Shown piece by piece: positions 49,469 through 60,528 of a stretch of 64,000 nt of DNA. Position 1 is the stretch's first letter. The number at the start of each line of letters is the position of its first letter. A program made the position numbers and the translations under genes. The DNA is taken from NCBI RefSeq assembly GCF_030144855.1, contig NC_082706.1, positions 95,542,001-95,606,000 of the forward strand, given 5' to 3'. The DNA is from Hypanus sabinus. Lineage: Eukaryota. The notes under the pieces were generated by a model. It made no database searches. It was given only the letters and a program-made list of their open reading frames with translations, and was not told the DNA's origin.

Positions 49469-49668
49469 TGTACCATATAACCTACTGTATAATATGGGAC
49501 TATTTTATGTCGTAGTAACACGTTATTGAGCATGCGCTATTGGGCACATATTGATCTGTATATATGTGTTCAGTTTGGTTTTAGTTAGTAAAAAACCCTG
49601 TTAACGTAGTTCCAGTCTCCAGCATTTTTATTAATGATATTGTTGTGTAAATGGCCACATACACAACA
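49469..49668 (+). repeat. 5' LTR
   Basis: TG...CA. About 20 mismatches in 200 bp versus the 3' LTR (hand count). Confidence 0.92.
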
Positions 49669-49671
49669 AAT

Positions 49672-49682
49672 TGGCGACGAGG
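49672..49682 (+). promoter_or_regulatory. Primer-binding site TGGCGACGAGG (tRNA-Ser(GCU)-like)
   Basis: Lies 3 nt after the 5' LTR and is complementary to a tRNA 3' end ...CCTCGTCGCCA. Confidence 0.8.
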
Positions 49683-50017
49683 TTAATGAACATCCATCTT
49701 ATCAGAATGCTGTGTTTTAATTGCTAACAGCACTCAGAAGAGGCAGAGTGAGGCCGCAAGTCTGGAAAAGAAGCAGGAGTTCAGCCGGAGTTGGGAACGT
49801 CTAGGCAAGACCAGCCGGCGCTGACCTCAGGGGCTGAGGGTCCGCCTGCCCCCGGAGGGAGAAAAAGAAAGGAGCGACTCACACTTTTAGCCAGAGTACG
49901 CTCGCGACGCTAACAAAAAAAGGTCACGTGAGTCAAGAATAAATCAAGGGACCGGAGCTAAATTAAGAATGGTCCGAGGCTAAATGCAAATAACAAGGAT
50001 AAATTAATATAACAAGA

Positions 50018-53000
50018 ATGGCATTAATTGGAACCATTACGGCATTTGATAGTGGCATTGAAGACTGGGCCACTTATATTGAAAGAATAGAGTTATATTG
50101 TGATGCTAATGAAGAGAAGAAAGCCAGCCTCTTACTTAGGCTACATCCACACTAGACTGGATAATATTGAAAATGCCGATTTCACGTAAAAATGATAGGC
50201 ATCCACGCCAAGCGTTTTTGAAAATACCTCTGTCCACATTAAAGTGGGTATTTGGGCAAATCTCCTCCTACTGGGCTTGCGCAGGACACATCTACAGAAA
50301 ACAAGCAACATGTTTGGTGTCGAATCTCGCTGTGAAAGTGCACGTTTTTGCAGTTATAGACTAGAAAAACTTAAAAGCAAATTGCCAAACGACAGACAGC
50401 TGTTGGCTCTCGCATAGGAGGGCTTTAAACTAAAAAAAAACAAATACTGGAGCTTCTGGAGGCAACCAACAGGGAGTTCAAGGACAGTATGACCCGACTG
50501 ATGACGAACATTGAAATACTGACTAACTCTGTTGCATTAACAAAGCACCTTGTTAAAACTTTAAAACATGTCTGCATCAGTGTTATCTTGTATTTCCATA
50601 CAATGTTACATTAGTCTGTTACACGTCTATTGTCAGAGAAGTACTTGCATAAATAGGTAAACCACCTTCATACAAGCAAGGACAGAAAACAGGGCAAAGT
50701 GAGTACACTTATTTATTCAGTAAGTTACGGGTCAAAGTATTTGGTCAGTGCATTTCTAACTCTTCTGGCTTCAATATCGTTACCATCTGTTCTGAAATTG
50801 TTAGGTTGTGTGGGGGGTTGCATTCAGGAAAACAATGGAATGCCGCGCTGCCGCCATCATCTGTTCTGGCATGTCAGAATAGATTTCAGAAGTTTCTGGT
50901 TACCCTGTCCACACTGCTCTGCCCAAGTGACATTTTCAAATTTACACACTGAGGAGGACGTTTTAGAAAAGCTCTGTTTTGGGGAGAGAAAAGGCCGTTT
51001 CAGTGTTGATGGAGGATCAATATGAAGAGAAGAAGCTTTGGTTAAAGATTTATCTGGCCTAGTGTGGACATAGCCTTAGTGCAATGGGTGCGAAAACATA
51101 ATAGACACTCTCCAACAGCACTTAAACCCCAAACCATTGGCCATTGCTGAAAGGTTTAAATTCCATTAACGGAATCAGAGCAAAGATGAAAGCATTTCTG
51201 AATATTGTGCTGAATTGTGCAAATTATCAGAACATTATCAATTTGGAGCTGATCGATCATACGCATTGAGGGACAGGTTAGTGAGTGCCATGTACTGTAA
51301 AACCACACAGAGAAGCTTCGCTGTGAAAAAGACCTTACATTCGAGAAAGCGCTAAACATCTCAATCTCATTAGAAACAGCCACACGAAGTGCTTCACTGA
51401 TACAACAAAAATCTCCAGAATATGCTACAAATAAAATGTCACTGCACAGAAATGAAGGAAAGAAATGTTACCGTTGTGGGAGCAGGTCACATGACCCTGG
51501 TGTTTGTTGGTTTAAAGACAAAGAATGCAGAAACTGTGGCAAACAGGACCACACTGGCGGAGTATGCAAACCTAGTAAACAGCAGGAAAAGGACAAAATA
51601 CAGAGAAACAAGAAACCCCAGGTAGGAAAACACAACAACAATGTGCACAAAATGAAAGAAAACAATGCTGATGAAAGCTACTCAGACAAAAGTGAATTGT
51701 CTTGTCTGCAACTGCACACCGTGAAAGATACAGATGATCAAAGAGTAATATGGATCACACCAGAAGTGGCAGGCATGAGATTGAAAATGCAGTTGGACAC
51801 AGGCTCAGCTTTAACAATAATCTCTGTACATGACTACAATCAACTGTTTTTTCACATACCTCTGAAACAAACTATATTACTGCTAAAGACTTACTCATGT
51901 CAGAAAGTGCGTCCCAAAGGTAAAATTAAAGTGACAGTGACTATGGAAACAAAACGCAGCAGCTGAACCTCTATGTACTGAAACATGGAGGACCACCATT
52001 GCTGGGATGTGAATGGTTCAGGAAAATCCAGTTGGGTTGGCACACCATCAAGGCACTAGATGCGTCAGCAAAGGAGGGCAGCAAGGCTACATCTGAGAGA
52101 CTGTCACAAGTACTTGCTGACTCTGAGAAAGTGTTCATGAAAGGAATAGGAACACTTCAGGGCATGAAGGCAAGGATTGAGATTGAGGAAAATGCAGATC
52201 CAAAATTTCACAAAGCCAGACTAGTGCCATAAGCACTCCATCTTACAGTAGAGGCAGAGTTGAAACATCTGGAACAGACTGGGGTCCTGTCAAAGGTGGA
52301 TTGGAGTGAATGGGCCACATCCATTGTTCCAGTAATGAAGAAAACCTCCAGTACAAAACCAGGAAAGCCAAGCAAGGTGCGCATATGTGGTGACTTTCAA
52401 GTGACTGTCAACCCAGTGCTCTTGCACAGTACAGTATCCCCTACCCCATATTGAGGACATTTTTGCTTCCCTGGCAGAAGGGGAACATTTGACAAAAATT
52501 GGTTTGACCCAGGCTTACCTCCAAACGGAAATCGAAGAAGCATCCAAGAAATACCCGACAATAAATACACACAAAGGACTTTACCAGTACAACAGGTTGG
52601 TGTTTGGGATAGCATCAGCGCCTGCAGTCTGGCAAAGGGCAATGGGCCAGGTCCTGCAGGGGATTCCAGGGACTCAGTGTTACCTGGATGACATCATTGT
52701 CACCAGCAAAGATGACGACGAACATCTTTCTAACTTTGAACAAGTGCTCACCAGATTAGGAGAATATAGACTCCGATGGCTCAGAAAGACCAACAGCCTT
52801 TGCCTCAAGAACACTAACTTCAGCTGAACGTAACTATGCGCAGACTAACAGAGAGGCCCTAAGCCTCGTGTGAGAAGTCAAGAAATTCAGTCACTACCTG
52901 TATGGCCAAAAGTTTGACTAACCATCAGCCTCTCATGTCAATCTTCAACCCAAGAAAAGGCGTTCCAGTGATGACAGCACAAAGGCTGCAGTGATGGTCC

Positions 53001-54423
53001 CTTTACTTAGGAGGTCACAGGTATGACATTTAACACAAGGGGACCAGGCAATATGGCAACGCAGATGGTTTGTCACGTTTACCACTGCCCACTTCTGAGG
53101 TAACTACGCAAATGGACTCAGCAGAGATCTTTCACACAACAATAGTTGAACAAATACCAGTAACAAACAGCCTCATTGAAAGGGAAACACACAATGACCC
53201 TACGTTGTCAAAAGTGTATGACATCATGGTAAAGGGATGGCCAGCACAGGGTAATATACTGTTTCCAGCCTTCTCAGTGAGGAATGAGCAGTTGTCAGTG
53301 TGTCAGGAAACACTAATGTGTGGCTCACAAGTTGTGATTCCTCCCAAGCTATGCACCAGTGCTGGAGGAACTGCACAAGGGGCACCTGGGTACCGTGAAC
53401 ATGAAAGGTCTTGCCCGTGCCTATGTGTGGTGGCCAGGAATCGATAAACACGTTGAGGATGTGATCAAGAACTGTGCTGCATGTCAAAAGATCCAGAACA
53501 CACCGCCACAAGCCCCTCTCCATCCGAGGGAGTGGCCCTCATCACCATGGCAACGAGTGCACATTGACTTTGCTGGACTATTCATGGAGTCAATCTTTTT
53601 AATCGCCATTGATGTACATTCCGAATGGCCATAGCTCATCAAAATGAAGACAACCACATTGGAAAAGACCATTACAGTTCTGAGGACCATGTTTGCCAGG
53701 AATGCCATATCAGAGCAAATCTGCACAGACAATGGATGTCAACCTGTCTCTGAAGAATTCCAAAGTTTTGTGAAGAACAATGGAATCAAGCACTTTACAT
53801 CAGCTCCTTACCATCCATCCACAAATGGCTTGGCAAAAAGATTTGTAGAGACATTCAAGAAAGCCCTCAAGGCAAGGGACCGCGAAAATCGACCAACAGA
53901 AGATAGACAACTTCCTCCTTGCCTATCATAATAAAGTACATGCACCCACTAACCAGACTCCAGCGATGATGTTTCTGAACAGGAACCTGAGGTCTCGTAT
54001 GGATCTTCTCAAACCAAATGTACAGCGTGATGTGGAGAACAGGCAGTTCAAACACTTGAATACTAAGTCCACACTGAGCTTCAATGTGGGACAGTCAGTT
54101 CTTGCACGGGATTACCAGACTGAAAAGTGGCAGCCGGGTATAATTTCTGCCATTGACAGGCCACTGATGTATAGAGTATGGGTGGGAGAGAGTGTGTGGA
54201 GACGTCATGTGGATCAAATCCTGAATGCTCAGGTGGAAAACACAACAACATCTTGCCCTGACATCCCAGACATAGAAGCAAACACTCCTGATGTGAACAC
54301 ATCAGCCTCACCCACAGATGAGCCTGTCATCAGTGCTGAGGACCCATCTGAGGTACCTGTGGAGATTAATTCCACAAAGCAAACGTTGCAAGTCAGACGT
54401 TACCTGGAGAGGCCAAAAAGACC
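50018..54423 (+). pseudogene. Gypsy gag-pol pseudogene
   Basis: Starts MALIGTITAFDSGIEDWATYIERIELY. Contains CYRCGSRSHDPGVC/CRNCGKQDHTGGVC and PR-RT-(partly deleted RNaseH)-IN, with many stops and frameshifts. Confidence 0.88.
50139..51075. mobile_element. PIF/Harbinger-type non-autonomous element (937 bp) inserted in gag
   Basis: TIR GGCTACATCCACACTAG / CTAGTGTGGACATAGCC with a 3-bp TSD TTA. Removing it restores the gag reading LLL-S-AMGAKT. Confidence 0.9.
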
Positions 54424-54578
54424 NNNNNNNNNNNNNNNNNNNNNNNNNNNNNNNNNNNNNNNNNNNNNNNNNNNNNNNNNNNNNNNNNNNNNNNNNNNNN
54501 NNNNNNNNNNNNNNNNNNNNNNNNNNNNNNNNNNNNNNNNNNNNNNNNNNNNNNNNNNNNNNNNNNNNNNNNNNNNNN
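54424..54578. other. Assembly gap (155 N)
   Basis: Run of N inside the Gypsy element. Confidence 1.
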
Positions 54579-54695
54579 CATTATTAAGTTATTAACCAAA
54601 CAGTGGGTGGGCATTTGTATATTAAGGGTACACATACAGTATTTGTTTAAGGTAAAAAAAACAGTTCATACACTTTTTAAATAAAAGGGGAGGAG

Positions 54696-54895
54696 AGAAC
54701 CATATAGCCTACCATAAAATATGAGACTATTTTATGTCGTAGGAACATGTTATTGAGCATGTGCTATTGGGCGCATATTGATCTGTATATATGTGTTCAG
54801 TTCAGTTTTAGTTGGTAAAGAACCCTGTTAACGTAGCTCCAGTCTCCAGCATTTTTATGAATGATATTGTTGTGTAAACGGCCAGATATACAACA
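54696..54895 (+). repeat. 3' LTR, preceded by polypurine tract AAAAGGGGAGGAG (54683-54695)
   Basis: Matches the 5' LTR; the initial TG is mutated to AG. Confidence 0.92.
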
Positions 54896-55434
54896 CTTCT
54901 CTTGAAGATGTTTTGCGTCACCAGGATCAAGGTCATCTGCCCTGATATTTCCTTACGTCGTCTTGTTCAATAGTGTTATATGAATTAGCAAACCTTTGGT
55001 TCTCATACAATCATTAAGCAATACAAAATGGAGAGAGGCCCTGTGGCCCACTATATCCATGGCAACCATCAAACACCCATTTTTACACTAATCCTACTCT
55101 CACTTTATTTATTCTTCCCACATTCGTGTGAACTTCCACTCAGATTCTGTCACTCAACCACACTTTACGGTCAAATTACAGTGACCAATTAATTAATCTG
55201 CAATTTGCACATTTTTGGGGCATGGAAGGAATCTGGAGCACCTGAAGGAAACCCATGCAGTTGCATGAAGAACATACAAACCAACCATAAATACAACCAC
55301 TTACATGACTAAGGCTCAATCGTATTAATGCTCAGAGTCTGTCGTGGATAGAGACATTGCCTTAGAATGATTCTGCACTGTCTGTTAAGCAAGGTGAAGA
55401 CAACCCAAACACTCAATTGAAGTTAAGAAAGATC

Positions 55435-55524
55435 AGAATCAGAATGAGGTTTAATATCACCTGCATTTGTTGGCTTTGCAACAGCAGTATAATGAAATAA
55501 ATAATAATAGAAAAAGCAAATTAC

Positions 55525-55575
<51 letters not shown>

Positions 55576-55900
55576 ATATATAATTTTAATTATACCATTT
55601 AGTATAAGTAGGGCTAAAATAGAAATAAAAAGTATAATGTAGTGCTCATGATGGGTTCAATGTCCATTCAGAAATCAGATGGCAGAGGGGAAGAAGCTGT
55701 CCCTGAATTGTTGAGTGTCTGCCTGCAGGCTCCTGTTCCTCCTTCCTGATGGTTGCACGGAGTACAAGGAATAATGTGGATGATGGTGGTCCTTAAAGAT
55801 GGATGCCGCCTTTTTGAGGCATCACTCCTTGAAGATGACTTGGATACTATGGAGTCCGGTGCCTGTGATGGAGTTGACCAAGGTCACTTGGATGCTGTGT
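55435..55900 (-). mobile_element. Rex1/Babar-type 3' end with a (TG)n microsatellite (about 55529-55567)
   Basis: LKKAASIFKDHHHP remnant and a (TTCTGA)n tail. Confidence 0.6.
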
Positions 55901-55979
55901 AGTAGCTCCTCCACGGTGGAAAACAGGTGGAATTTTAAAAAGTTGCAGTATTTTCCTTTATATAAGAATATAAACATTG

Positions 55980-56290
55980 CAGGGTAGCATGGCAGCTTAA
56001 TGTTTAGTGTAATGTTTACAGCACCGGCGATCAGCGTACAATCCAACCCACTGTCCGTGAAGAGTTTGTTCAGTTCTTCTCATGATCGCTTGGGTTTCCT
56101 CCAGGTGCTCCAGTTTCCTCGCCCATTCCAAATGTATACAGATTAGAGTAATCAGTTTGGGCATGTTATGATGGCATCAACAGCATGGCGATGCTTGCAT
56201 ACCCTTGGACTGTGTTGGTCATTGACATGTCATTGTATGATTCAATGTTGCAATGTACACGTGACAAATAATGCTAATCCTTAAATCCTT
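55980..56290 (+). mobile_element. V-SINE (HE1-like)
   Basis: V-domain gggtttcctccaggtgctccagtttcctc, following a tRNA-like head. Confidence 0.6.
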
Positions 56291-56864
56291 AAAAAAACTA
56301 ACAACCATCAAAAGGAGTCATATAACACAATTGCTAAATCCAATCAGACATAAGATCTACTTATATTACATTTAAGCTTTGTGTTCTGATAAAATATCTC
56401 TAAACATTTTGAATCCATGTGATGAAAAATGGCTTTGAAATAAAGACTACTAGTGAGTTTAACTTGTAACCTATAGAAAACAAACAATAACATAATGGAA
56501 TAATCACTGGAAACACACACAACTCAAAAACTCCCTATTTCTGGGCCTACATTGGTTGTTTAACACATCCATAGTTCCAGTTTCAGGGTTTTACATTTTC
56601 AGTGGAATTGCTCTCAAATACAATACTGTCAATAAAGCCACTAAAAATTGATTCTACAGTGGTTTTACAAGAGTAATAATGCTAAGAACAAATAAGGATC
56701 ATCAGTCTGAGAAAACTTAGCTAAAAGAAACCCTTAATTCTGGCTGTATTGTGCTCCAATATTCACTAAGTTGCTGAGAAATTAATGGTAAACCTTAGTA
56801 AACAATTTGGATACAGACTAGAACAAACTACAATTGAAACATGCACAGCAAGGGATCTAGATAC

Positions 56865-57014
56865 CTTTGTTTTTTCCCTTGAAAATGCCATTACTCGTTG
56901 CTTGGTGTCTTCCTCCTGTGTTTTGACAGACAGCTTTTGCTGTTGAACCAGATGCTCCTCTTGCGACCAGCAATTCATGTGTGTTTCACGAAATCTCCGT
57001 CGTTGATCTTGGGC
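56865..57014 (-). CDS. OFCC1: OFCC1-like coding exon C (150 nt, phase 0 to 0): AQDQRRRFRETHMNCWSQEEHLVQQQKLSVKTQEEDTKQRVMAFSREKTK
   Basis: Acceptor gagtAG and donor AAG|GTATCT. Charged, coiled-coil-like peptide, in frame with ORF 56766-56978(-). Confidence 0.78.
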
Positions 57015-57527
57015 CTACTCAGGCATGACAGATTATAGATTGCAATGGAAGGGTAATTATTATATTACTCAATGTTTTTAATACTTTTAGCCATAATTAT
57101 TCCTTTCTTTAAGTAGGGGAAGCTGTCTCTATACAAAAAATATTCTTGTTAATCTGTACCATTAATCAAAAAGGTACTTGCTATTTAGCAGTACAATATT
57201 ACAAATTAATCGTTGTACTTTTTAAGGAAACAAAGAGAAATTATTTGCAAATCTACCTGTTAGCATTCTCTCAATTTGTTTTCAATTAATACATCCTTAA
57301 TTTATAACTGTAAATGACCTTCATTAGTAACTTGTGATTAAAAATAGCAATTACAACATTAAAATTCTGGTTACTACATATTAAGTACATTCTTCTACAT
57401 TATTTTTAATGGATTATTATAACAACGCAGAGCTTCTGACAAAGAAAGAATGGTTTTGTTAGGCCGCTCGTTGACATTACAATAACAGAAAGGAGTAAGA
57501 TTGCATTGTTTAGTTTTGAAGTCTGAC

Positions 57528-57691
57528 CTGTTCAAGTGAAAGGCTGCCAACCAGAATCATGTCATCTTGCACACTCGTCTCGAACTGTTTGACATAAGGA
57601 GGGATCATCTCTCTCTCCACCTCTTGCCGCAGGCCCCGTATATTATTGCATACTCCAGCGCTTTTGCACCTCATGCAAGCTCCAGCGGTTT
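57528..57691 (-). CDS. OFCC1: OFCC1-like coding exon B (164 nt, phase 1 to 0): TAGACMRCKSAGVCNNIRGLRQEVEREMIPPYVKQFETSVQDDMILVGSLSLEQ
   Basis: Lies within ORF 57510-57731(-). Acceptor gacAG (weak pyrimidine tract) and donor CAG|GTCAGA. Phases fit both neighbours. Confidence 0.75.
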
Positions 57692-58054
57692 CTGTCGTCA
57701 GATATATAGAAAACTGCTGAGCCTGGTTCATTACAGGTGCCTTATGGCTGACCTTTATAGTTAAAGTGGTAGCCTCAAGAACTCCAACTATCTAAAGCAG
57801 CCATTTATGCTTCCCTCGTGATAATTCTGAATCCATCACACAGTACGCTCTATAGTCTGCCTCGGTATAGTTCCAAAATCAGACAGATCTGGGCTATCAG
57901 AACATTTTTAAAAACTTAACGGCTGGACAGTGGAATCAACAGCAATTAAAAGGCATTACTATTACTTCAGTCTCACAAGTTAAATCTCTTCCTCTGTCTT
58001 CACAACTAAAACAAAGTTGACTTCATCGACAGTAGGGTGACCACAATAATAAAG

Positions 58055-58400
58055 GTCTGCATTTATAAGGGGCACCTCACATCTCTTTCAGAGCCCCATG
58101 AAGTTCTTTATAGCCATGGAAATATGTTTTGAAGTGTGGTCACTGCTATAATGTAGGAAACATAGCCACAGGAAGCAATATGATGGCAAACAGATAATCT
58201 ACTGTAGCAATATTGAGGGATAAATAGTGGCCAGGACACCAGAAATGACTCTTCAGTTTCTTGAAATAGTGCCATGGGATCTTTTACAGGGCAGTCAGGT
58301 CCTCAGTTTAACACCATTACTGCGTTGGAGTGTCAGCCGGGATTTCGTTGTGCGAGTCTTGAGCCCGTCATCCACTAACTGAAAGGGAAGTGTGTTACTC
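58055..58400 (-). mobile_element. Deu-domain SINE (AmnSINE1/SacSINE1-related), old
   Basis: gaaatagtgccatgggatcttttac...ctcagtttaac motif as I recall it for DeuSINEs. Similar relics at about 3730-4060 and 40000-40230. Confidence 0.5.
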
Positions 58401-60438
58401 ACGCAGCCAGAGCAGCAGAGGCCTACAAGTGTGTGAAACATGGGCACAATTGCCATTAATGTTCACCAAAGGGATCAGAGGTAATCTATGAACCGGGCTG
58501 CATGCTAGCAGGATGTATAGCGGGGGGCCCTGCCAAAAACTACAGCCAGTATTTATTGATTGTCAAGGTAAGATTCCAATTAATGTTTGCAGTTATTGGC
58601 TATTGAGCAAAGCTATGAGGTTTACATTACATGAAACCTAATCAAAGACAAGTGAAACTCAGGATTACCGAAGTATATTTCGATTAAATTCCGTACATCT
58701 AATGGAGAGAGTACTAACACATCCACACCTTTCTCTCAACCACAAAATTAAACAACCTTGTCATGGTTTTTCCTATGCACATGAGACAGGTGTTATTCAG
58801 ACTGACAGCATTTCCACTTGAGTCAACGCTGGGGAAGAAAGCAACCATTGCTCCCACGACATATATCCACAGGAAGAGCATTGACGTGAAATTTCAACCT
58901 GAAAGGTTAACTTTCCTTCTCCCTCCATAGCCTGATGCACCATCTCTGTCATTTCCTGCTTCTATTTCACAAAAATATTCTGATGTGCTGACATTACCCT
59001 CAGAATATTCCTTATCTTCACCTTCCTCATCTTAACTTGGATAAGGAAGGTGAAGCTGTAAGTAATGGGTTTTTCTTAATCCTCTGACAAATACAAACAA
59101 TTTGCCTTTAATATATCACGTTTTCTATCTAAACTGGAGAATAGCCCTTTGACAGCAGCTGGAATAGTCATTTTCATTTTTTTTCTTGTAAATGCAGGGA
59201 AATGAGTTTATTAAATCTTAAGCTTGTGTACTCTCTATTTCAGTATAAAGCATACTGTTAACAGCAGTATAATGTTCTGCATTCATGATCTTTAAACTGT
59301 TTGCTAATAAAATACCCAGCGACACCTCTCAAGCAAAACTAGCCAAATGTATTCATATATTTGATTCACATGGACTTCTATGGACCGTGTCTCCAGAATC
59401 TGAAGTTCAATCATATGGTGAGGTGTCAAACACAAGCTGTTATTTCTGTTGCATTATTTGCTCTTGTCCAAGCAATGGATTCCAGAGAAAATAATAGTCT
59501 GATGGTCCTTGAAATGAGTTCAGCACACATCTGGCATTATATCAAAACATAATTTTCTTTTCAGATTACAGGATTACCACCCTTCTACCCTCCCCCACAT
59601 GTCCCACCTCCGCCCAACCCTCATCAAAAAAAAAGATGGATGATTTGTCAGCCACAATATTGCAAATCCTTGCACCAAGTACACAAGAATTTACACCGTG
59701 TGTGTGATGGAATGTGGTTTTACCACCAACCTATGTACACTTAAACTGAATTACTCGGGCTGGGGCTTCTTTATTTTTAACTAGCTGAAATATTTCCCGT
59801 ACAAACACTGGGCTCTTTTTTAAAGGAATACTACACAATGAGGTCTGCCTCATCCTTCCTAAAGTATTGTGGGAAAAATACCTCCCACACTGACATCTAT
59901 GTTTCTGGGACAGTATTAATCACTGTCTCTAGCCTACAATAGAACAGCATTGGGTGCTGCAAGTTATTGCAAAGGGAAGAAAAGTGTGCATAATAATAGT
60001 GTCTTCCAAAATAATAAAAACACAGCAAGCTCCAGTTGGACACCCGACCAGTAAGATGACAGACTTTCTTCATTAAACTTCCTTTTGTTTATTTCCTGGT
60101 TAGTTTTTTTTCTAATTTTCCGCTTTTGTGTGCTCTTCCATTTACCTGGGGCATACAGCTGAGATAGTAAGGCTCAGCGCCTATTCCCAGTCACTTCTTT
60201 GATAAATACACCCATTTCCTCACTCCCACATCCTCAGCCACCATGTCCCCATCTCCAAAAGGTGTTTCCAGTCTCAGCGCTTCCCCTCCTTTCGGAGTTA
60301 TGGCTTGGTGGACCAATCTCGAAACATAAGGGAAATGTATCCCCACACTCAGCGCGATGATCCAGTCTCAGAACATATGGGTACAGAGGGTAACATAAAT
60401 ATGTTAATACTGTCAGGAGCTACCTACTGAACTCCTAC

Positions 60439-60528
60439 CTGTATCTCTCTCATCCATGGATTCCACCTCTTCTTCTGTAAATTTCAGAAGCTTTTGATAG
60501 AAGTTCATATTGTCACCGGTATCAGGTT
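60439..60528 (-). CDS. OFCC1: OFCC1/ojoplano-like coding exon A (90 nt, phase 1 to 1): (E)PDTGDNMNFYQKLLKFTEEEVESMDERDT(E)
   Basis: Acceptor tttgttcttcAG and donor G|GTAGGA. Frame is open and phase matches the next exon at 57691. Confidence 0.7.

Larger units (their letters stand above)
49469..54895 (+). mobile_element. Gypsy (Mag-like) LTR retrotransposon, near full length, degenerate
   Basis: Two 200-bp LTRs, 5-bp TSD CTTCT (49464-49468 and 54896-54900), PBS, PPT, gag with two CCHC knuckles, protease LDTGS, RT YLDD and integrase HIDFAG/TDNG. Confidence 0.95.
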
